Shown here: positions 57,594-64,000 of the stretch, in pieces
Numbering within the stretch: position 1 is the first letter of the stretch
Layout of the letters: the number at the start of each line of letters is the position of its first letter
Assembly: GCA_963807655.1 (NCBI GenBank)
Contig: CAWEDF010000031.1
Coordinates: 75,055-139,054, forward strand
Length of the DNA stretch: 64,000 bases
DNA from: an uncultured Acidobacteriaceae bacterium
GTDB lineage: Bacteria; Acidobacteriota; Terriglobia; Terriglobales; Acidobacteriaceae
Direction: 5' to 3'
Position numbers and translations under genes: made by a program
Notes under the pieces: generated by a model
What the model was told of the DNA's origin: nothing
What the model saw: the letters and a program-made list of their open reading frames with translations, nothing else
The model's database searches: none

Positions 57594-60365
57594 ATGCCGC
57601 ACGAATTGTCCAAATCCTACGAACCGGGCGCGATTGAGACGCGCTGGGCCGAGTACTGGATCAAAGAGAAGCTGTTCTCCGTGCCCACGCCGCCCGAGGG
57701 CGAGACGCGTCCGGTATTCACGCTGCTGTTGCCGCCGCCGAATGTCACCGGGCAGCTGCATATGGGGCACATGTTCGGCCAGACGCAGATGGACATCATT
57801 GTGCGCTGGCATCGCATGCGCGGCTTCATCACCCTGTGGCTGCCGGGCACGGACCACGCCGGCATCGCCACGCAGATGATGGTGGAGCGAGACGTGGCGA
57901 AAGAAGGCAAAAAACGCCTAGACCTGGGCCGCGAGAAATTCATCGAGCGGGTGTGGGACTGGAAGAAACATTATGGTGGCGCGATTCTCACTCAGATGAA
58001 GCGGCTGGGAGCGTCGGTCGACTGGGATCGCGAGTACTTCACCATGGACGAAAATCTTTCGCGCGCGGTGCGCGAGGTGTTCGTCCGCCTGTATGAAGAA
58101 GGGCTGATATATCGCGGGAAGTACATCGTCAACTGGTGTCCGCGCTGCGAGACGGCGATCTCCGACCTCGAAGTGAAGCACGAAGAGGTAGCCGGAAAGT
58201 TGTGGGAGATTCGCTATCCAATCATCGGCACGGACGAATTTATTACTGTCGCAACCACGCGTCCGGAGACGATGCTGGGCGACACGGCCGTTGCAGTAAA
58301 CGAAAGAGACGAGCGCTACACGCATCTGCATGGCAAGCATGTTTTGCTGCCACTGATGAATCGCGAGATCGCGATCATTACCGACGAACTGGCGCAGCCG
58401 GAATTCGGCACGGGCGCGGTGAAGGTAACGCCGGCGCATGATCCCAACGATTTTCAGGCGGGCAAGCGGAATAATCTTCCGCAGATCGATGTAATGGATG
58501 AGCACGCGCACATGAACGCGAATGCGGGCGCGTATGCGGGACTCGACCGCTACGAAGCGCGCAAGCGTGTGCTGGCGGATTTGCAGGAGCAGGGATTTCT
58601 GGTAGGCGAAAAAGATCACACGCTTGCCCTCGGCAAGTGCGACCGTTGCGGGACCGTGGTCGAGCCGCGGCTTTCCGAGCAGTGGTTCATCAAGATTCAG
58701 CCGCTGGCGCAGAAGGCGATCGAGGCCGTCGAGAGCGGCGAGATCACGATCGTCCCGGAGAATTACAAACAGATTTATCTGAACTGGATGAACAATATCT
58801 ACGACTGGTGCATCTCGCGCCAGTTGTGGTGGGGACATCGCATTCCGGCGTGGACTTGCGACGGCTGCAAAGATTTTATCGTAGCGCGTGAAGCTCCGGT
58901 GCAGTGTCCGAAGTGCGGCGGCAAGAAGCTGGAGCAGGTTTCCGACGTGCTCGACACCTGGTTTTCGTCCGGGCTGCTTCCGTTCACGACCCTGGGTTGG
59001 CCGGAGAAGACGCGCGACCAGGCGGTTTTCTATCCGACCACGCTGCTGATCACAGCGTACGAGATTCTTTTCTTCTGGGTGGCGCGCATGATTATGTTCG
59101 GCTGCCACTTCATGCAGGGGCACGAACAGGATCCGGCGATCAAGCAAGCCAGCGGCTGGGGTGACAAGAAAAATGACAGCGTGCCCTTCCGGCAGGTTTA
59201 CATTCACACGCTGGTGCGCGACGCCGAGCGGCAGAAGATGTCGAAGACCAAAGGCAATGTGCTCGATCCGCTGGATATTATTCAGCGCTTTGGCACGGAT
59301 GCGACCCGCTTCACTCTGGCGGCTATGGCTGCACCCGGAACTGACATCGCCTTCAACGAAAGCCGCACTGAGGGTTATCGCGCCTTCGCGAATAAAATCT
59401 GGAATGCCGCGCGGTTTATGTTCATGAATGTGGACAGAGTCGAGCCCGGCCTGCGGCCCGGGACAGCCGAGGGCGGCTGTCTCCACATGTGTGTTGCCGG
59501 GTTCAAGACTTCAGCATTAGAAGACCGCTGGATTCGTTCCCGTTTCAACCGCGTCACTACGGAGGTGAACGCTGCGCTTGAGACCTACCGCTTCCATGAA
59601 GCCGCGAACCTCATCTACGATTTCTTCTGGGGCGAGTTCTGCGACTGGTACCTGGAGCTGATCAAGCCACGTCTGAACTTCGAAGAGGGCGCGGACACGA
59701 CCCAGGCCCGCATCGCCTGCGCGAATTTGGTCAACTTGTTCGACGCCGCGTTGCGCCTGCTGCATCCGGTGATGCCGTTTATTACCGAAGAAATCTGGCA
59801 GGCGATGTATGAAGGCAAGGCGCCGGTGAAATCGATTGCGCTGGCGCCGTATCCGCGGGCGGATCAGACGCAGGTTGATTTGTCAGCCGAGACAGAGATG
59901 GCGATCCTTCAAGACTTGATCGTGAACGTGAGGAATGTGCGGGCGGAATTGAAAGTCGAGCCTAAGGTGAAAGTTCCGATCGAGGTGTTTGCGAATGAAC
60001 CAGCGATTCGCGCGATGATTGAGCAAAATCGCGGCGCGGTCGAGCGCTTGGCAAACGTGGAGAAGATCACCTTTGTGAACGGTTCCCTGTCCAAACAGGC
60101 TGGCGCGCGGAGCACTGCTCGTTTCGATCTTCATGTGATCTACGAGAGGAAGATCGACGTTGCCGCCGAGCGCGACAGGTTGACGAAAGAACTGGAGAAG
60201 GTCGAAAAGGAGTTCGCAAATAATCAGCGGCAGTTAGGCAACGAGCAGTTCCTGGCGAAGGCTCCGGAAAAGATTGTGGAGGGCTTACGCCGGCGCGAGC
60301 AGGAACTCATCAGTCTGCGTGAGAAGATAAAGAGCCAGTTGGAGGAGTTGAACGGAAGTAATTAG
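57594..60365 (+). CDS. valS: Valine--tRNA ligase, with a REP unit inserted in frame
   Basis: From the ATG at 57594: PPPNVTGQLHMGH (HIGH), KMSKTKGN (KMSKS), C-terminal coiled coil. Confidence 0.97.
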   Translation: MPHELSKSYEPGAIETRWAEYWIKEKLFSVPTPPEGETRPVFTLLLPPPNVTGQLHMGHMFGQTQMDIIVRWHRMRGFITLWLPGTDHAGIATQMMVERDVAKEGKKRLDLGREKFIERVWDWKKHYGGAILTQMKRLGASVDWDREYFTMDENLSRAVREVFVRLYEEGLIYRGKYIVNWCPRCETAISDLEVKHEEVAGKLWEIRYPIIGTDEFITVATTRPETMLGDTAVAVNERDERYTHLHGKHVLLPLMNREIAIITDELAQPEFGTGAVKVTPAHDPNDFQAGKRNNLPQIDVMDEHAHMNANAGAYAGLDRYEARKRVLADLQEQGFLVGEKDHTLALGKCDRCGTVVEPRLSEQWFIKIQPLAQKAIEAVESGEITIVPENYKQIYLNWMNNIYDWCISRQLWWGHRIPAWTCDGCKDFIVAREAPVQCPKCGGKKLEQVSDVLDTWFSSGLLPFTTLGWPEKTRDQAVFYPTTLLITAYEILFFWVARMIMFGCHFMQGHEQDPAIKQASGWGDKKNDSVPFRQVYIHTLVRDAERQKMSKTKGNVLDPLDIIQRFGTDATRFTLAAMAAPGTDIAFNESRTEGYRAFANKIWNAARFMFMNVDRVEPGLRPGTAEGGCLHMCVAGFKTSALEDRWIRSRFNRVTTEVNAALETYRFHEAANLIYDFFWGEFCDWYLELIKPRLNFEEGADTTQARIACANLVNLFDAALRLLHPVMPFITEEIWQAMYEGKAPVKSIALAPYPRADQTQVDLSAETEMAILQDLIVNVRNVRAELKVEPKVKVPIEVFANEPAIRAMIEQNRGAVERLANVEKITFVNGSLSKQAGARSTARFDLHVIYERKIDVAAERDRLTKELEKVEKEFANNQRQLGNEQFLAKAPEKIVEGLRRREQELISLREKIKSQLEELNGSN

Positions 60366-60410
60366 TGGTTGAAAACTAGCCACTGATCACTGGCCACTGA
60401 CCACTGTTTT

Positions 60411-61289
60411 ATGGACTTTAACAGCCGACGCATCACCGCGATACTGGAGAACGCGCTGCTCGAAGACCGGGCGACGCGCGATGCGACCAGCTATGCCTGC
60501 ATCGATCCTAATCAGCGGGCTTCGGCCACGATTCTTGCCAAGCAAGATTGCATTCTCGCCGGTATCGGCTGCGTGAGCCGCATTCTCGATGTGTATGCCG
60601 CGCTCGACGGCGCCGTGACTTCGCATTACGAGGTCACCACGCACCCCGAAATCTTTGACGGCGTGCGCCTGCACAAAGGTCAATCGGTCGCGGTGATCCG
60701 GCACAACGCGCGGGTGATTCTTTCGTGCGAGCGCGTGATCCTGAACTTCCTGCAGCGCATGAGCGGAATCGCCACGCTGACCCGCAAGTTTGTGGACGCC
60801 GTCTCCGGCACCAAGACGCGCATTCTCGATACCCGCAAGACCGCGCCCGGACTGCGATTGATCGACAAGTACGCAGTGCGCTGCGGCGGCGGACAGAATC
60901 ACCGCCTCGACCTTTCCGACGGAGTCCTGATCAAGAACAACCACATCGCTCTGGCCGGGGGAATCGGGCCCGTGCTGGAGCGCGCCGTACGCAACCGGCG
61001 CGGCTCGCAGCCGATCGAGGTGGAAGTGCGCACTCTGGCCGAACTGGAAGACGCGCTGGCCTTCGGCGCGGAAGTAATCCTGATGGATAACATGTCTCCC
61101 GAGGAAGTACACGGCGCGGTGGAGCGCTGTGCTCAACTGGATCGCCCCGTCCTGCTGGAATGCTCCGGTGGCATCCGGCTGGAGAATGTTCGCGCCTATG
61201 CCGACACGGGCGTGGATTATATTTCAGTCGGTCTGCTGACTCACTCGCCGCAAGCGGTGGACATGAGCCTGCGGGTTATGCCGATGTAA
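60411..61289 (+). CDS. nadC: Nicotinate-nucleotide diphosphorylase (carboxylating)
   Basis: 292 aa with ILDTRKTAPGLR, KYAVRCGGGQNHR and IKNNH. Confidence 0.93.
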   Translation: MDFNSRRITAILENALLEDRATRDATSYACIDPNQRASATILAKQDCILAGIGCVSRILDVYAALDGAVTSHYEVTTHPEIFDGVRLHKGQSVAVIRHNARVILSCERVILNFLQRMSGIATLTRKFVDAVSGTKTRILDTRKTAPGLRLIDKYAVRCGGGQNHRLDLSDGVLIKNNHIALAGGIGPVLERAVRNRRGSQPIEVEVRTLAELEDALAFGAEVILMDNMSPEEVHGAVERCAQLDRPVLLECSGGIRLENVRAYADTGVDYISVGLLTHSPQAVDMSLRVMPM

Positions 61290-61308
61290 CCTGCGTGGCA
61301 GATGGTTT

Positions 61309-62415
61309 GTGATTTTCCTTTCTCTCCCGCATAATCACCGCATCAAGAAAACGAGCACAACTCGAAGCCTCCGTCTTTCGCGGACGAGGCCTGCGCTGAG
61401 TTCGCCGAGGGGGGCGTCCCCGCACGAACAGCCGACGGACATTCGCCTCGGCCGCATCGTGCGCCTGTTGATGGATCACGCGACGGTCGTAGTGAGTGGA
61501 ACCAAAATCGCAGAGGAAATTTCCTCGAACCGCACGGAAGTCTGGCGTATGATCCAGCAGTTGCGCGGCCTGGGCGTGGATGTGGCGGGGCATCCGGCGA
61601 CGGGATATCAGCTAAAGGCGGTACCGGATCTTCTGCTGCCGGAAATTCTTGGGCCGCTGCTTCGTGGGACCATGTTCTACCATCAGCTTCATCACTTCTA
61701 CAAGATTGACTCAACAAACACGGCGGCCATGGCCGCCGCCGCGGGGGGCATTGTCGAAGGCAGCGTGTTTTTTGCGGAAGAGCAAACTGCCGGACGCGGC
61801 CGCGGAGAGAATTCCTGGGAGTCAGAGCGCTCGGCAGGCATCTATTGCTCGGTCGTGTTGCGGCCGGCGCTGGCGCCATCGGACGCGCTGGCACTCTCGC
61901 TCGCGGCCGGATTGGCGGTGCGTGCGGCCCTGGCGCAGGTGGAGGCGCGCGTCAGCGTCGACCTGAAGTGGCCCAACGATGTGCTCATCCAGGGAAGAAA
62001 GATCTCCGGCATTCTCACCGAGATGCACGCTGAAGTCACCCGCGTCCGCCACATCGTGGTGGGAATGGGAATCAACGTAAACCAGAAAAGCTTTCCAAAA
62101 GAGATCGAGAGCGAGGCCACGTCGCTGTGCATGGAAACGGGCAGTGAATGCTCGCGCGTTGAGGTTGCCGCCGCTTTGCTAAAATCGCTTGACCGGGAAT
62201 ATCGCGCGCTGGTCGAAAAGCCGGACGCGCGAGAGTCGATTCTGCGCCGCTTTGCAGAACAGTCCTCGTGGGTGCGAGGGAAACAAGTCCGTGTCGAAGA
62301 TAGTGGCTCCATAATCGAAGGAACCACCGAAGGCCTGGATGAGCGCGGATTCCTGCAAGTGCGGACTGGGCAGGGGCTGCAGAGAGTTTTGAGCGGAACG
62401 GTGAGAGCGAAGTGA
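61309..62415 (+). CDS. birA: Bifunctional biotin operon repressor / biotin-[acetyl-CoA-carboxylase] ligase (start uncertain)
   Basis: HTH region VSGTKIAEEISSNRTEVWRMIQQLRGLGVDV, then TAGRGRGENSWES and LKWPNDVL. Confidence 0.85.
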   Translation: MIFLSLPHNHRIKKTSTTRSLRLSRTRPALSSPRGASPHEQPTDIRLGRIVRLLMDHATVVVSGTKIAEEISSNRTEVWRMIQQLRGLGVDVAGHPATGYQLKAVPDLLLPEILGPLLRGTMFYHQLHHFYKIDSTNTAAMAAAAGGIVEGSVFFAEEQTAGRGRGENSWESERSAGIYCSVVLRPALAPSDALALSLAAGLAVRAALAQVEARVSVDLKWPNDVLIQGRKISGILTEMHAEVTRVRHIVVGMGINVNQKSFPKEIESEATSLCMETGSECSRVEVAAALLKSLDREYRALVEKPDARESILRRFAEQSSWVRGKQVRVEDSGSIIEGTTEGLDERGFLQVRTGQGLQRVLSGTVRAK

Positions 62416-62492
62416 AGCAGCATTCAGTCCCTCAGCACTCGGCATTTAGCCAGCGCGAGTCATGAATGCATGCTGATTCCGGCGGATCAATC

Positions 62493-63410
62493 ATGCTCCT
62501 AGTCCTCGATGTCGGCAACACGAACACGGTGCTGGGAGTTTTCTCCCGCGCTGAGAAGCCGCATCCCGGCGGCGACTCCGATGACGCTCCACGTTATGAG
62601 CGTCTCGTGGCCCACTGGCGCGTTGCGACCAGGCAAGGCAGCACCGTCGACGAATATGGCGTTCTGTTCCGCAATCTATTTTCGATGGCCAGTCTGGAGG
62701 CGTCGGGTATTCGCGGCATCGTGATTTCATCGGTGGTACCGCCGCTCGATCCCGTGCTGCGGCAGGTGTGTGAGCGATACTTCAATTCCAAACCACTCTT
62801 GATCGAGCCCGGTGTGAAAACGGGCATGCCCGTGCATTATGACAATCCCGCCGAAGTGGGCGCGGACCGCATTGTGAATGCCGTCGCCGCGTTTGAAAAG
62901 TTCGGCGGTCCATGCATAGTCGTCGACTTCGGCACCGCGACCACGTTTGACTGCGTTTCCGCGAAAGGCGAGTATCTGGGCGGAGTGATCTGCCCCGGCA
63001 TCGGCATTTCGGCCGACGCGCTTTTTCAGCGTACCGCGCGCCTGCCTCGAGTCGAGATCCGCAAACCCGCCCGCGTGATCGGCACCAACACCGTCGGCAG
63101 TCTCCAGTCGGGGCTTTACTACGGCTATCTCGGCCTAGTCGATGGCATTCTCGAACTCCTGTTGGAGGAATTGGGTAAAGAGACCCATGTGATCGCCACC
63201 GGCGGCCTCGGCCCCATGATTGGAACGGGATCGAAGTACATCAAAACTGTGGATGATCTTCTAACCCTCGAAGGCCTGCGCATCATCTGGGAGCGAAATG
63301 TGGCGGCGCGGCCAGGGCTCGCGCCCAAAACCGCTGCGGCTTCCTCCAAGGCCCCGCCCCAAGCGAAGAACAGCGGCGCAGAGCGGGCCACTCCACGTTC
63401 CCCCCGCTGA
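62493..63410 (+). CDS. coaX: Type III pantothenate kinase
   Basis: From the ATG at 62493: MLLVLDVGNTNTVLGVF, GADRIVNAVAA, VDFGTATTFD. Confidence 0.9.
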   Translation: MLLVLDVGNTNTVLGVFSRAEKPHPGGDSDDAPRYERLVAHWRVATRQGSTVDEYGVLFRNLFSMASLEASGIRGIVISSVVPPLDPVLRQVCERYFNSKPLLIEPGVKTGMPVHYDNPAEVGADRIVNAVAAFEKFGGPCIVVDFGTATTFDCVSAKGEYLGGVICPGIGISADALFQRTARLPRVEIRKPARVIGTNTVGSLQSGLYYGYLGLVDGILELLLEELGKETHVIATGGLGPMIGTGSKYIKTVDDLLTLEGLRIIWERNVAARPGLAPKTAAASSKAPPQAKNSGAERATPRSPR

Positions 63411-63776
63411 GCCTGCCGTGGAAAATTACTTCAACAAGTCTGTTTGGGGCGTAAGTAGCAATAGATTCAAGCAGTTTGAGCGGGTTAAATCGGTGTCATT
63501 CGGAGTTGATTTACTAGAGGTGTGCGCCAACTGTGCGCCATTGACAGTGCAGTTCAGCCACAGTCGCCCGCAGCGAGCCACCCCAGCCTCACCTCTGCGG
63601 TCTAAACCTCCCAACGCCCTTTGTGGCCAACCCAGCGTGCCTCTGCCAGCGCCACCCGACCCAGCAACCTCTCGCCAGAACAGGCTCTTTTGTCGGTAGG
63701 CGAACAAAAGGCGAATCTGCTAGACTCAAGCCGTAACCTCGCGCAAATTTGCGTGAGGTCGCCCTTTAGTGTGCCC

Positions 63777-63962
63777 ATGGATGAGGGTCGAAAGCGCGTG
63801 CTCGGGATCATGGCAGCCATTCTGGCGAGTTTGCACATGCAGACGGCTGACGATCTGTTCGGAGCTCCGATGGGAAGTCCCCGGAGTGACAAGCTGATCG
63901 CCGCTTCAGTCCAATGGGCAGAGGAAATCATGCGGAAGATTGATAATGTGTTCTCGGGGTGA
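63777..63962 (+). CDS. Small hypothetical protein (61 aa)
   Basis: Inner ATG of ORF 63621..63962. Preceded by a 24-bp palindrome. No family recognised. Confidence 0.3.
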   Translation: MDEGRKRVLGIMAAILASLHMQTADDLFGAPMGSPRSDKLIAASVQWAEEIMRKIDNVFSG

Positions 63963-64000
63963 GGCAATGCGCCGTGCACAAACCTTGGTTTGAAAGCTCT

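Overview
64-kb high-GC chromosomal segment. Gene content and repeat families look like Acidobacteriota: Hanks-type kinases with TPR or beta-propeller tails, orphan MacB/FtsX-type permeases, Avd-like four-helix-bundle genes, and dense REP-like hairpin repeats. The backbone is housekeeping: ATP-dependent DNA ligase, DUF1385-prfA-prmC, purF-purL, selB, trmFO, der, a DinG-like helicase, queD-queE-queC, pilT, moeA-moaC-(response regulator)-mogA, carD, ruvX, mltG, valS, nadC-birA-coaX. I recognised no rRNA, tRNA, CRISPR array, transposase or integrase. Main points of interest: (1) A visibly more AT-rich islet (about 41.8-47.6 kb) carries a translationally coupled operon of a ParB-like protein, an Mrr-like nuclease and an SPPY DNA methyltransferase, with two parS-like palindromes at its edge. 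This is my best candidate for an undescribed restriction/defence-type system. (2) Two Avd-like four-helix-bundle ORFs are each bracketed by about 32-nt inverted arms built from 6-7-nt tandem repeats and sit inside housekeeping operons. ORF-less versions of the same long hairpins occur elsewhere. (3) REP-like units are inserted in frame in conserved genes (prmC, purL, selB, the helicase, valS). (4) Cargo genes are bracketed by diverged, mostly synonymous duplicates of the 3' ends of carD and ruvX. (5) There are many frame disruptions, extreme in two tandem permease genes. Sequencing error and real gene decay cannot be separated from the sequence alone.
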